From Octopus sinensis (Eukaryota), in the NCBI RefSeq assembly GCF_006345805.1, contig NW_021830464.1:812-64811 (forward strand): DNA of 64,000 bases, written 5' to 3'. Position numbers and translations under genes: made by a program. Numbering within the stretch: the first letter of the stretch is position 1; the number at the start of each line of letters is the position of its first letter. A model generated the notes under the pieces. The model did no database searches. It was not told the DNA's origin and was given only the letters and a program-made list of their open reading frames with translations. This document shows positions 13,739-26,817 of this stretch, piece after piece.

Positions 13739-14044
13739 TGATATATTATATATATATATATATGCATATATACATATATATATGTATATATGCATAGACA
13801 TGTATATGCATATAAGCCTGTATACACACACACACATGTATATATATATATATATTTATATATGTACATACATACACAGTATTTTATTTATATATATGAG
13901 CATATATTAATACATACAATATATATATATATATATAATATATATAATAGCAGACGTTTGAACGTATGGCGAAGGTATGTATACGCACATGCATACATGC
14001 TGATATATGTGTGTGTGGGTGTGTATATGTATTATGTCTGCATA

Positions 14045-14310
14045 TTGCTTCCCAACCATATGGATCCGGGTTCAGTCCCACTGCACGGCGCCTTCGGCAA
14101 GTGTCGACGAACCCTTGTGAGCGGGTTTGGTAGGCGTAAACTGAAAAAGCCCGTCATATATAAATGCGTATGTGTATGTGTGTGTATGCATGTGTGTGTG
14201 TGTGTTTATGTGTGTTTCTGTCAGTTTTCCTCCCACAACCAGCATCACTTGATAACAGGTGTTATTGAGTAGTTTACTTAGGCATTTACTTACAAAACCT
14301 AGCGCCCCCA
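14045..14310 (+). mobile_element. diverged family B (CORE-like) SINE
   Basis: GGGTTCAGTCCCACTGCACGGCGCCTTCGGCAAGTGTC...GAAAAAGCCCGTC aligns to 26191-26560. Confidence 0.6.
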
Positions 14311-14639
14311 TTATTATTGGTATAAATCCAATTTATCATCTAGGTATACGAGATTTGAGATTTCAAAGAACTTCTCTATAGTTATATATATGGGTTTATG
14401 GATATATATATATATATATTATAGATATAATATATATATAATATACATGTATATGTTTGTATTGGTATATATAAAAATTAGTGTACGTTTACATGTTTCT
14501 ATATCAGTGTGTATGTATGTTTACATATGTATATGTAAATCCATGTACGTCTGTTTAAACTATATTATGTTATTTGCGAATACCCAATGCATATTAATTG
14601 AAAACTCTCCTAAAGGAGTGTAACACAGAGGAGAGAAGG

Positions 14640-15730
14640 GAGGACGTCTTGGAAAATTCTAAGGAGGGGGAAAGAGGAGAAAGGGGTTGAAGGACTTTCT
14701 GGAAAAGTCCGAAGGGACGAAGGGGAGAGGACAGACTTCCTGGAAATCTCGAAGGTGGGGTGAGTGGAAAAGTGTGAGGGGTGAGTGGGACTTCATGGAA
14801 AATTCCAACGAAAGGGAGAAAGGGCTTCCCGGAAAAGTCCGAGGAGGTTGGAAAAGTACAAGGAGTGGGGAAGGGGAGAATGTCCTCTGTGGAAAAGTCC
14901 GAGAAGGGGTGATCGGGACTTCTTTGAAAATTTCCTGGAGGGGAGGAAGAGGAGGAAAGATTTCCCCCTCTTCCAAAAAGTTGTGGATTTCCTGGAAAAG
15001 TCCGAGGATAGGAAGGAAGTGGAGGAGGGGAGGAATGAATTCCCGGAACATCCGTGCACTTCATGGAAAAGTCAAATGAGGAGGAGGGATCCTTGAAAAG
15101 ATCGAGGCCCTCATGGAACCGTCTAAGAAATTTCTACAAAAGTCCAAGGAGGGGAGAAATGGGAGGACGGGGAGGAAGCACTTCCTAGAAACGTTCGACG
15201 AGTGAAATTAATGACTTTCCTGAAATGTTCGGATGAGAGGGATGGGGGAAGGAGAAGGAAGTACTTCCTGGAAAAGTACGCGGCATGGAGTAGGGGGCGG
15301 AAGGGCTTCATGGAAAAGTCTAAGGAAGCGGACGAGGAGGATGGGGAGGAAGGACTTCCTGGAAAAATCCGAGGAGGGTAGGAAAGGAAGGTGGGGAGGA
15401 AGACTTCCTGGAAAAGTTCTAGGACTTCCTGGAAAATATCGATGAGTGGGAGAGAGGGGAGGAAGTGGAGGTGAACTTCCTCGAAAAGTTCGAAGATGGG
15501 GACGAAGGGGAGGAAGATGAGGAAGGACTTCCTTGAAACGTCCAAGGAGGGGGAGGAAGTGGAGGTGTGGTGATGGACTTCTTGGAAAAGACCGAGGAGA
15601 GTCCGAGAAGAGTAGGAGTGGGAGGACGGACTTCCTAGAAAAGTTCGAGGGGGAGGAGGAATGCGAGGAAAAGGAGGAAGGACTTCCTGGAAAATTCCGA
15701 GTAGGGGTGGGTACTTCCTGGAAAATATCA
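14640..15730 (+). repeat. array of about 25 palindromic GGACTTCCTGGAAAAGTCC-type units with purine-rich variable spacers
   Basis: Unit recurs every ~20-55 bp; G/A-rich plus strand; about 20 units contain TTCN3GAA. Confidence 0.85.
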
Positions 15731-15768
15731 AGGGCGGGGGGGAGACAGGGAAGAAGGCGAGGAAGCGA

Positions 15769-15991
15769 TATTCTTTTATTCTTTTACTTGTTTCAGTCAT
15801 TTTACGGTTGCCATGCTGGAGGGGAATAGTCGATTACATCGAGCCCAGTGTTTCCCTGGTATTTATTTCATCGACCCCGAAAGGATGAAAGGTACAATCG
15901 ACCTCGACGGAATTTGAACTCAGAACACAAAGACGGAAGAAATGCCGCTAAGCATTTTGCTCGGCGTGCAGCCTATCCTGCCAGCTCACTG
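15769..15991 (-). mobile_element. family M SINE carrying a family B-type 3' tail
   Basis: M head and core followed (minus strand) by CCAGCATGGCAACCGTAAAATGACTGAAACAAGTAAAAGAATAAAAGAATA, the family B tail. Confidence 0.75.
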
Positions 15992-17268
15992 CGTGGATAA
16001 TAAATAATAATAACAACAACAACAAGAAAACCAATAATAATAATAATAATAATAATAATATACTAAAAGAAGAAGAAGAAGAAGAAGAAGAAGAAGAAGA
16101 AGAAGAAGAAGAAGAAGAAGAAGAAGAAGACGAATAATAATGAATAATCATTGGCTTATAAAATATCGATATGTGCAGTTACGTACACTGAATCGTGGGA
16201 CTGTTCCTTCTGTGGGATTCAGCCTCGGGAAAGTATTCATTCTAAAGTAAGTCGTGTGTTAAAACACACAATATGCTTTTGGCAACGACAGTAGACTCTC
16301 ACTTACCGGTCGTTTCGGCGTGAGTTTGACTCGTCTGTGACAGATTTAGAACTAGATAACGAATCCTGTTGTTATAAAGAAGTTGGCAAAAACATGTGTA
16401 TATACTGGTGATTGTGAAAGCGTGTCAGTGTACATGGTAAATTATCATATGCAATTAAAAAGCAGAGTTGAAATTATAACACGTATGTACACACAAATAT
16501 TCGGAGAAGTGCTTCAAAGTGATCTCTTTGAAATTTTCCTGATTCTGCAAATTTTAACCATGTAAAATTTTCTTTTTAATTGACACACTCACTCATTCAT
16601 TCACTTACTCACTCTGTCACTCACTCACTCATTCACTCACTCACTCACTCCGTCGCTCACTTACCTACTCACTAACTCACTCACTGACGCGCACTCGCAT
16701 ACACAAACGCAAGTAAACGATCCAGCGCAGAAACAAATATGTGTCCTTCAAATCAAATCTACATATATGCATACACATTCCTAAATACATACATGTATAC
16801 GCACATGCATATATTGTACATACACTGAAACGCAGAGATAAAAACAGACACATAGACACACATACGCAGATTAATAGAGAAGAATATGCATTAATTAATC
16901 CCAACATGCAAAATCCAATTTCAGTGTCAACAACGATGTCTTTAAGATAGCATGTTCCCACTTGTTATTATTATTAATGTTAAAAATATTGATATTATAT
17001 TGATAAAATTACTGATATTATAATAATTACTGCAATATTATAAAATATCTGCTGCATCAACTTTAATAGGAATACATATAATGAATTTTTATAATATCAA
17101 TTATTATTATGATAATCATAATATTAATAATGCTAAAGCCTGCAGCACACAAACAACTAAAATATATTCCAGATCTAAATCATAAATAACTATAAAAGGA
17201 TCCAATATCTTTAGATTAGGAAAGGCAGTGATCAGATTGTAAATTAAAAACAAAATACACACACAGTG

Positions 17269-17326
<58 letters not shown>

Positions 17327-18309
17327 TTAACATAATATTGTGAAAAGTGGTATACGGAATAAATTATATCCCAAAATTAATTGTTGTAGCAAGCAACTTT
17401 GTGAGGTTTATAAACTGAGATTTCTCCATTTTTTCGTTATTTATTTGCTCACACACATATATACGTATATGTGTTTGTTTATTAATTTTCATCTACAAAA
17501 TTGTTTTACCCCAATAATTTTACCATAGCTACGAAGCAGGAATAATTCAACAAAATCATGAGGGAAAAATAAAAGCCCCTGTAAAAAAAAAAAAAAACGT
17601 AAAATAAAAAAAAACACATCCTTAAATAGGAAGAAAATACAAATTCTTTAATACGCGCCTCCCAGGTTTCTCTCTCATTGATCAGAGAAATTTATTTGTA
17701 TTATTGTTCACTGACACGATGGAAAATAATATTGTTCTCAGCAACATTAAAATCGAATTGCAATGAAAACTTAAGAAAATAATGATCGATTTGACTACAA
17801 CGGGGAGTTAAAAAAATAGGGAGAAAGATATAGAAAATATATTACTTTGAATTATGTTGCTCCAATTACAAATCATATTTCTATACATGTTCAATTTTTC
17901 TCTTTAGTGTGAATAGCTAGTTATCTCAGCTCTCTTATTTAAAGTATTTTGATTTTTTGCTCTAATTTATTGATATCAGAAAAGAAAATATATTTATCAT
18001 CTCACGAATTGTGAAATTCTATATAGTTGGCGTTAAATTCTAGTTATCATTCACGCTAAATGAAAAGAAGATGATAATTATTAATTCTTAGAATGGAAGT
18101 TTGTTGCAGGTAAGATAGCCATAGCGAAGTTTGAAACCTCACCTATTTGCTAAAGGAGAGAAGCTATGAGCCTGTAAATTAAATATCTTCTACTCTGAAA
18201 CAACTTAAACGGCTGCTGTAACATATATACACAATCATGCCAAAAACATCCGATCAGAAATAACAAAATCATGAAATTTCCGAATAATTCTTCTTACAAT
18301 AGGCACGGG

Positions 18310-18450
18310 TTATCTGTGTGGTTTCTAGTGCAGCTCCACTGTACGATATCCTGGACAAGTGTCTTCTTTATAGTCCTGGGCTATCCAGTGCTTTATGGGT
18401 GAAATTGGCTAACGGGAACTGTGTGGAAGCCAGTCGCCTACACAGACATA
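18310..18450 (+). mobile_element. decayed family B SINE fragment
   Basis: CCTGGACAAGTGTCTTCTTTATAGTCCTGGGC...GTGAAATTGGCTAACGGGAACTGTGTGGAAGCC resembles the family B core. Confidence 0.45.
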
Positions 18451-18500
18451 TGTATATTTTAGATTCGGTAAAGGGAACTGAAAGAAACCCGTCATATATA

Positions 18501-18563
<63 letters not shown>

Positions 18564-18647
18564 GTATGTATGTATATGTAATATATACATATGTATATAT
18601 ATGAAGGGTTTCTTTGTATATGTTATATATGTATATATATATATATG

Positions 18648-18681
<34 letters not shown>

Positions 18682-20189
18682 AATAACGTATGTGTATCTA
18701 TGTGCCTACTTCCCGACCTCTCGCAACCAGAATTGGTTTGTTTACGTCCAACGTAACTTAGTACCTCGATAAAAGAAAACGATAGAATAAGTACCAGATG
18801 TCCAAAATTAGTACTTTGTACTACCAAAACACAGCTGTGCAGTGCGCCATCTTGGCCGCAATACAATGACTGTAGAAAGTAAAAGTGGTAAAAGAGGCGT
18901 CATTAATACCAAACTTCTGGAAAAGAAGTAAAACTAAAATCTTCGAAGCCAATGAAGTATCTTGCGTAATTTAGTCTCCAACCATGAAATTCCCACTATA
19001 GGAAGATATAAAATTCTTGACCTTTGCCACCCTAAATTTGATATTTTTCATCAATTATTTCTGTCTCCGATGTTCTTCAGAATTAAAATTCCGTAATAAA
19101 TCTCAGTCTTCCCGAATTATTTGGAAACACGTAAAATTGTAGAGTCTCAAACACCTTAAATTAACTTTGCTGCCTCCATACAATTTGAGTTCAGATCCCA
19201 CCGCAGTCAACTACAATTTTTGTATAGAATACTTTGCCTGCATTAAATGAAATAGCAGATGTTTTATACGAATGTGTAGGATGCCTAAATTTTCCAGTTT
19301 CGATTCGCCGGCAAATTAGTCAAATTACAGTTACTTTCTTGTTTGAAAAAGTTTTCATAGTAAAACAAAGCTCATTACTTTGAGAACTGCATCATTGTAT
19401 TAATTATATGCTTGATTATATTAGAGGGATAATAAAGCTTGTTACCGTAGGTTTCTTGAGGGTACATAATACAACGTAAACACTAATAAAACACTATCTA
19501 TAAGACATAAAATAAATAATGATTTCATTAGAGGGGTTGCAGTAAGTAATTAATAAAGCTATATATTTCAGGTTGTAAATATATCAACACGTTATCATCT
19601 TCATGATTCAAGTAACACATATCTAGAGGGAAAAATTGTAGCGTGATATGTCTACGAGATCAAATGATGCCAGTTAATTATTTCTGTAGGATCTTATAAT
19701 GAGCGATGCCTGTATATGTCTGATGTATCAAGATTGTGCTAATTGTTGTTTCAATAAATTCTTTGTAATTTTGGCAGTTTTAATCAGATAGACATAAATC
19801 TCTGATAAAACACAAATTATGAAATAAGAGTTTGGTTTTGCATATAAGAAAGTTGCTTTTTTGTGTGTTTTTTTATAGTTTTGAAGTCCCTTTTTACATG
19901 AACGTTGTTAGATAATTGGTTAATGATCTCAAACAGAGACACAAGGCTCGAGATATGGGAGAGCGAAATAGTTGATTACAGCAACCAAACACTTGATGGA
20001 AACATTATTTTGTGAGGTTCATGAGAAATGAAATGTAAAGTTGACGTCAGCCTGATTTGATCCCAAAACATAAAGATGCAGGAACAATACTGTGACAAAA
20101 GTTACTGTTGTTTCATCTCTAAAGATGAAATTAATTCTTCGAAAATTTATAACGTATGATAGCTTTTAGGTCTTTTATTTGGGAGAGAA

Positions 20190-20478
20190 GTGGAGGCACA
20201 TGGCCTAGTGGTTAGGGCAGTGGACTCGCGGTCGATGGATCGCGGGTTCGAATCTCAGACCGGGCGATGTGTGTATTTATAAGCGAAAAAACTAATCTGC
20301 AAGCGGCTCAGGCGAACTTCTGCTGACTCTTTCGCCACAACTTTCTCTCACTCTTTGCTCCTGCAACTTGCAGCTCACCTGGACGGACCAGTGTCCTGTT
20401 CAGGTGGAGAACCTATACGCCAAGGAAACCGGGAAACCGGCCCATATGAGCCAGGCATGGCTCGAGAAGGAGCGAACA
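20190..20478 (+). mobile_element. family A-headed SINE with alternative tail (A2)
   Basis: Head matches family A (TGGCCTAGTGG, GGGTTCGAATCTC); after CTCACTCTTT the sequence diverges to ...GGAAACCGGGAAACCGGCCCATATGAGCCAGGCATGGCTCGAG. Confidence 0.7.
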
Positions 20479-22173
20479 TTTGGGAGAGAAAGCATTGCTG
20501 TAGTGAGAGAGAGGTAGAAAGCTATCCTCAAACCAAAGACCCGAAAGCCTGCAACACAGTAGATTCCACTACTTAATTTATCATCCAGTTTAAGATAAAT
20601 CCACATGACGGGATTTGAACTCCGAATAAAAGTGTCCGGTTCAATGTCCTTACATTTGTTAATTCCCCACCTTGAGGTTTCTAAGAAAATTTGCTTGAGC
20701 TCTAGAACTTATAAGATGAGATACCCGGCTTCCATAGTGACCGAGGGGACAAGAATCCATATTAGTGACCGAGGTGACAAGAATCCTCTCAACGGTCCGT
20801 TGCAAGGTTCAACGCAAACAGTGAGCTGAGGAAGCATGTTGATTGTATCTACATCTGTACTTGACTGGTTCTTTATTTTATCGATCCCGACGTTCTTTAA
20901 TAGTTGCTAATTCACCCCCTCTGATGAGTATTGATGAAATACTGAGAGAACATATGATGGCAGTAACAGGTTTCCAATAAACAGAAATATACATTAAAGC
21001 AATTTTTCAGGTTGTAGTGTCATATATGAACAATGTCGGAAGTGCACATGGTGATACAATAGCAAGGAGACGGGCAGATGAAAATCAAATATAAATATAA
21101 ATTCATCGTGCAAATTGATATCTCATTAATGCAGGATAACTAAGCATATCATCATGTGGATGAACAGCGTATACTGTTGTTGCTGAGCGAAATATATGAT
21201 AAAAAGCATTTCAACCATAGATCGTCGGTTTCCCCCCCCCCAAAAAAAATGAAATAGTCCTTTTCATGATTGCCACTAATTATAAATTTTAAGAACTTCA
21301 TTATTCCTTAATTTAAAATTCAAAGTTTAAATGCCACCAAATATTATTTAAGAATTATCTCCATTGCATTAATTGCCTGCAGTGAACACATAGTAATCGT
21401 GCATAGTTTATCAGGAACTAAAATTTTAAGAACTTCGAAGCCACAAAAAAGACAATTATTGCGTATCCTATGCACTTGCTTCTTTATTCCTTAATTTGAA
21501 ATTCACACTTCGATTCCTACCAAATATTAGAATAGAATTATCTCCTTTGTATTAACTGTCCTGCAGGGAACACATAGTTGCCGTGGATAGTTTATCAGAA
21601 ACTACATTATCCAAATTGCTCCTCCACTATAAAGATTTTCTATGCTATTTCTAGCAAATTGTGAGGCGTAGTATTTGCTCACCAACTGGTTCTGTTGTTT
21701 TTGAGCTTCTTATCAGAATTAGTTGTAATGTCCGTTAGTTCTATAAAACTATTGAAGTTTTAAGACTCTGTTCAGAACTGGGTTTCGTTCAAAGTTATCC
21801 TTAGAGATGATGCGATTTACGTCGACAAGTGTAACTGATTGAGATATCAGATCAGCAGAACAAGGAAATGAAACATGCGCTGATGTTTGACTGCTGTGCG
21901 TTGTGAAACAGAGATCTTACTATATCTGACTGTTGCACGCACTAAGGGCTGGGAGAAATCCTGCTTTTAGGTCATTATTGTCTCTAATAACATTAAGCAA
22001 TATTGCTGCCGAATTAAAAATGTGCAATCGTATAGAGTTTTATACCAGTAATATAAAGAGGTGAAATACATTTAAGTCTACTTGTGAAACAAAGAGATGT
22101 GATATGTTTCAGTCTCATTAAGCTTCTTCATTGAAACATTTTCTTCTTACTTGGCAAAACCAAACCTGATGAA

Positions 22174-22175
<2 letters not shown>

Positions 22176-22265
<90 letters not shown>

Positions 22266-22285
22266 GATCAATCGATCGATCTATC
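22176..22285. repeat. (ATCT)n microsatellite
   Basis: Direct reading. Confidence 0.95.
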
Positions 22286-22289
22286 ATCG

Positions 22290-23160
22290 CATGAAAGGAC
22301 AGGCGTATATGAACAGAGGATCGTGCATGGATATGTTAGTAGAAAGCTCTGAGATGATAGTAGCATTGAACATCGAAGCAGTCTATAATGGACCAAAAAC
22401 TGGATTGCTACCTCCCGTTTTGAAGGGTATGTGTTTGCAATCCAGGAACAAGAAATATCAGCCAAATACCTGATGCACAAATGGTGCAGAGATGCAGGAG
22501 GAGCAGTAAAATATGGCAACCGATGTAGACCTTGTGGAAATAACACCGAAGATATCACCTACATCCTAAGCAGATGTCCGAAACTAACATTACAGTATTA
22601 TCTACCGATGAGACATGATGTTGTAGCTATAATGAAATCCGTCGGAAGGATAACCCCGAGACAGAGAAATAAGAACCCACCGTATGGTAGAAGCCGTAGC
22701 CACTCAGAAAGGAGTGCAGGTGGAATGTCCCAGGGAAAACCTCAATAAAATGTAAACTCAACAGACTGATATAATGATTAGGGATAGAGAAAGGAAACGG
22801 TGTACAGTTGTGGAAGTCAGCTGCTCAGCGGATGTTAACATAAGGTGAAGATTAGTGAAGAAGAGAATCCTGCTGAACTATTGAGAAATCTGCAGTTACT
22901 CTATCCAAATTATTAGTTCACGTTTATACCTGTAATTATTGGGGCACTGGGATATGTAACAGACTATGTAACAGAAATGAGGCTACTCAAAATCAGAAAG
23001 AAGATAATTCGAAGACTACAGATCCAAGCCATCACTGAACTGTAAAAATCTGTAATACTTTCCAGAAGTTTATCATTTATGTATATATGAGCATGTCTAG
23101 ATATGCAAGTATATGCATGAGAAGACAAGCATAAAACAAAACATACAATCCTGCACGTAT
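22290..23160 (+). mobile_element. 5'-truncated RLE-type non-LTR retrotransposon, second family (pseudogenised)
   Basis: EGYVFAIQEQEISAKYL...CRPCGNNTEDITYILSRCP...YYLPMRHDVVA (zinc knuckle), then frameshifted DIMIRD..RKRCTVVEVSC...FIPVIIGALG and RRLQIQAIT..VKICNTF; 3' UTR runs into (TACA)n. Confidence 0.9.
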
Positions 23161-23206
23161 ACATACATACATACATAGTACACACATAGATACATACACA
23201 CATATA

Positions 23207-23561
23207 TACTCTTTTACTCTTTTACTCTTTTACTTGTTTCAGTCATTTGACTGCGGCCATGCTGGAGCACCGCCTTTAATCGAGCAACTCGACCCCGGGA
23301 CTTATTCTTTTGTAAGCCCAGTACTTATTCTATCGGGCTCTTTTGCTGAACCGCTAAGTGACGGGGACATAAACACTAAGGGACAAACACAGACACACAC
23401 ACATATATATATATATACATATATACGACGGGCTTCTTTCATTTTCCGTCTACCAAATCCACTCACAAGGCTTTGGTCGGCCCGGGGCTATAGTAGAAGA
23501 CACTTGCCCAAGGTGCCACGCAGTGGGACTGAACCTGGAACCACACAGCCACTCCTGCGCC
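23207..23561 (-). mobile_element. family B (CORE-like) tRNA-headed SINE
   Basis: Reverse complement of 26191-26560 with (TAAAAGAG)n tail; contains CCTTGGGCAAGTGTCTT core-like motif; small deletion in the head. Confidence 0.85.
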
Positions 23562-24706
23562 TATATATATATATATATATATAATGAATATATAATGTCT
23601 ATCTATACATATATGTGTGTGTGAGTGTGTGTGTGCATGTGTGTGTGTGCGTGCGCGTGCGTATATATCTATGTATGCATTCATGCGTATATGTTTATGA
23701 AGAGGGATTATAGTAAACTTTGATTATAGCTAATAAAAAATACCTCAGTGATGCGTTCTACTTTGTTCGTCTAAGGTAGGTCTTCACACATGTAATGTAG
23801 GGAGTTGCAAAGCATTTAAATGTGTTATCCGGAAGACTATATGATTGGTTGTCTATGCCATCAGGCGTAGCTTGTCATAGACAAAAATTATGTGGGGGAC
23901 TCCAAAATTGTCTCACAAAAAGTAAATAAAACGTATGAAAGAATTTAAAGAAAAGTACAGGCATTCGATGATGTTAACGGAAATAAAAGGTTTTAGAGTT
24001 TGTGGATGAGGGAAGGATTTTAATCAGGCGGAAGAGCTCTTTGAGATGTGGGAATTAATTTCGATTATTTTATACGAATATTTCGAATTAAAGAGATATT
24101 TTATTCCAAGCAAAAGAACAACAACTAAACGACACGACAAAATAACAGAAAAAAAAATATATAAGAGAACGAAGAACATAACGAACACCATCCCCCAAGA
24201 AATATTCCCCGATAAAATTCTCTCTAAAAAAGTTAGATAAAAATAAAAAAAAAAAAATTGAGAACGAGAAAGGAAGACGAAAATGGTAAGGAACAAAAGG
24301 AAATGAAAATTTAATTCTGCTGGAATGTTTACAGAAATGAGAACAATATCGACAACTGCAAAATTATCGACTTTCAAAACCAGAAAAATATCGATTTTTA
24401 AAATCAGGAGGTACGAATTTATTTATTTTATATTTTTTATTTGGTTTTATTTTTCAATTTAAATATGAATTTCCACTGTTTATTTGCAGCTGGAGATAAT
24501 TTTTTTTTTACACTTTAAAAAATATGTATATTTAAATTGAAATTAGTGATGAGTGTTGTTGATACTGATGAAGGGTTAAGTTTATGATGACGATGAAGAG
24601 ATCATAAAATGATGATGGTGATGGTGGTGATAATAGTGGCAATGATAACAATGATGACGATCACGACGACGACGACGAAGACAACGATGATGTTGATGGA
24701 TGTTGA

Positions 24707-24737
<31 letters not shown>

Positions 24738-25174
24738 CGATGATGATGATGAGGAGGAGGAGGTGGATGATGACGACGACGACGACAATGATGAAGACGG
24801 AGCTGAAAACTTCGACAATGTTGATGGTGATGACAGCAGAAAGAACAATTATGAAAAGGATGATGAAATTATCGAATACAATGACAAGATCAGATCAAGG
24901 ATGGCAATTATCGTTACGATACTGATACAGAAAGTGTACAATAGTAAAGAGATGTTTGATGAAATAATATTCTCCAATATGATAACAACCATATAATAAG
25001 AATTTTCTGAGACTGAATATGACGAAAATGATAACGATAGGGTTCAACAATATTACTATCATCATCATCAGCAGCAGCAGCAACAGCATATAAGTGTGCC
25101 CAGCAGAATTTTTGAGATGGAGTGTTAAATATTCTGGTTTCATGAGGAGGGATATGTTATGATAATTAACTCTG

Positions 25175-25520
25175 TCCTAGGCACAAGACCATGAAATTTT
25201 TTGGGGAAAGGCGCCAGTCGATTACATCGAACCCAGTGTGAAACTAGTACTTATTTCATCGCCCCAGAAAGTATGAAAGGTGAAGTCGACTGCAGCGTAA
25301 TTTGAACTCAGAACATGGCGGCAGACGAAATACCGATATGTTATGATAATCATTTCTATTATAGGCACAATTTTGGAGGAGAGGGGGCAGTCGATTAGAT
25401 CGACTTCAGTAATCAACTGGTACTTAATTTATCGGCCCCGAAAGGATGAAAGGCAAGGTCGACCTCAGCGGAATTTCAACTCAGAAAATAGCGGAAGACG
25501 AAATGCCGATACGTTATAAT
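25175..25520 (-). mobile_element. two tandem, identically 5'-truncated family M SINEs
   Basis: Two ~185-bp units, both ending (plus strand) in GACGAAAT(A/G)CCGATA(T/C)GTTAT. Confidence 0.75.
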
Positions 25521-25960
25521 AATTACGAGATTAAACTCATGGTGATGGCTGAAATGGGGTTGGTAAAGGACTATATTTGCTGTAAATCTATTTAATTTCT
25601 AGCATTTGATCTAGGGTAAGTCTGTTTACAAACGCCTTTTAAATTTTATCTGTTTCAGCGGCTTTGCTGGGGCACCGTTTTGAAGAAGTTTTAGTCGAGT
25701 GAATCTGTCCAGTAACAATGAATTTTAAAACCTGGTGCCTATTCTGTCGGTCACTCTAAACGAACCACTAAGTTACAGGGACGTAAACACATCACCGGTT
25801 GTGAAGTAGTTGTAGGAGACAAACACAGACAGGCAGCGGAATGCTCCGCTCCTTCTGTCTCTCTCTCCCCCCTCTCTCTCTATCTATCTCTCTGCCTGTC
25901 TATCTATCATACTCACCTCTCTCTTTCATGCTGTTGGTGATATTTTCCTCCTCGTCTTTT

Positions 25961-25995
25961 TTGCTGATGAAGAGCTGTGCTCGAAACGTCAGCGA
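25961..25995 (+). ncRNA. PLE-type minimal hammerhead motif (probably damaged)
   Basis: TTG CTGATGA A GAGC TGT GCTC GAAAC GTC AGCGA; core and helix II are canonical, but helix I pairs only if 2 nt were lost. Confidence 0.48.
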
Positions 25996-26190
25996 TTCTC
26001 CCTTTTTACCGAGCGTCAAACAATACATTTCATATGCACATCCTCATGTTGTTATTTATAATGTTCGATCGTTCGATTTGATTACACAAACACATGTACA
26101 ATTCTAATCAAGAAAAAGAGATCGTTTTTAAAATAATAAAGACTAGTTTTTTAGAAGTAATTATTTAGAAGTATGTAATAAAAAGGTAAA

Positions 26191-26560
26191 GCAGGAGTGG
26201 CTGTGTGGTAAGTAGCTTGCTTACTAACCATATGGTTTCGGGTTCAGCCCCACTACGTGGCAACTTGGGCAAGTGTCTTCTACTATAGCCTCGGGCCGAC
26301 CAAAGCCTTGTGAGTGGATTTGGTAGACGGAAACTGAAAGAAGCCCCTCGTATATATATGTATACGCGTGTGTGACTGTATTTGTCCTCCCCCCCCAACA
26401 TCGCTAGACAACCAGTGCTGGTGAGTTTACATCCCCGTCACTTAGCGGTTCGGCAAGGGAGCCCGATAGAATAAGTCCTGGGTCGATTTGCTCGACAAAA
26501 GGCGGTACTCAAGGATGGCCGCAGTCAAATGATTGAAACAAAAAAAAGAAAGAAAAAGAG
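26191..26560 (+). mobile_element. family B (CORE-like) SINE
   Basis: TGGCTGTGTGGTAAG A box, GGTTCAGCCCC B-box-like motif, CTTGGGCAAGTGTCTT core; matches 23207 and 49239. Confidence 0.85.
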
Positions 26561-26817
26561 AAAATTATCTGCGTATCTGACTCACAGATTTTGAATGTAA
26601 CCCGAAAGCACGTAAGTTACCGAGAGAGGGAACACAGTTAGAAATAGCAGCAGCAGCGTACATTTCACGTCTCCCCGAGTCATACCAATCATCAAGAGCA
26701 TAATAACAGACAGGTGGTATATGTATTAGGACGAGTCATGAGGTGAGCTATCGAATATTATTTCAACCACCATTATCACAACCAGATGTATTGTCGTAAT
26801 AAAGCAAGATACTTTCA

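Noticed and set aside
14640-15730. CRISPR array
   Set aside because: Eukaryotic context, highly degenerate repeats, low-complexity spacers of unequal length, and no cas genes or leader.
14594-15800. Pro/Ser/Phe-rich and Gly/Arg/Glu-rich ORFs over the palindromic array
   Set aside because: The repeat unit drifts among all three frames, so coding is not being conserved.
20920-20955. Hammerhead at CTGATGAGTATTGATGAAATACTGAGAG; similar partial motifs near 45370-45440 and 47765-47805 (minus strand)
   Set aside because: Each lacks either the GAAA or the CUGANGA half of the core, or a pairable helix I.
24700-24996. Asp-rich shell-matrix-like protein (also 62910-63182)
   Set aside because: Degenerate (GAT)n microsatellite with no signal peptide or splice support; similar tracts occur throughout the window.
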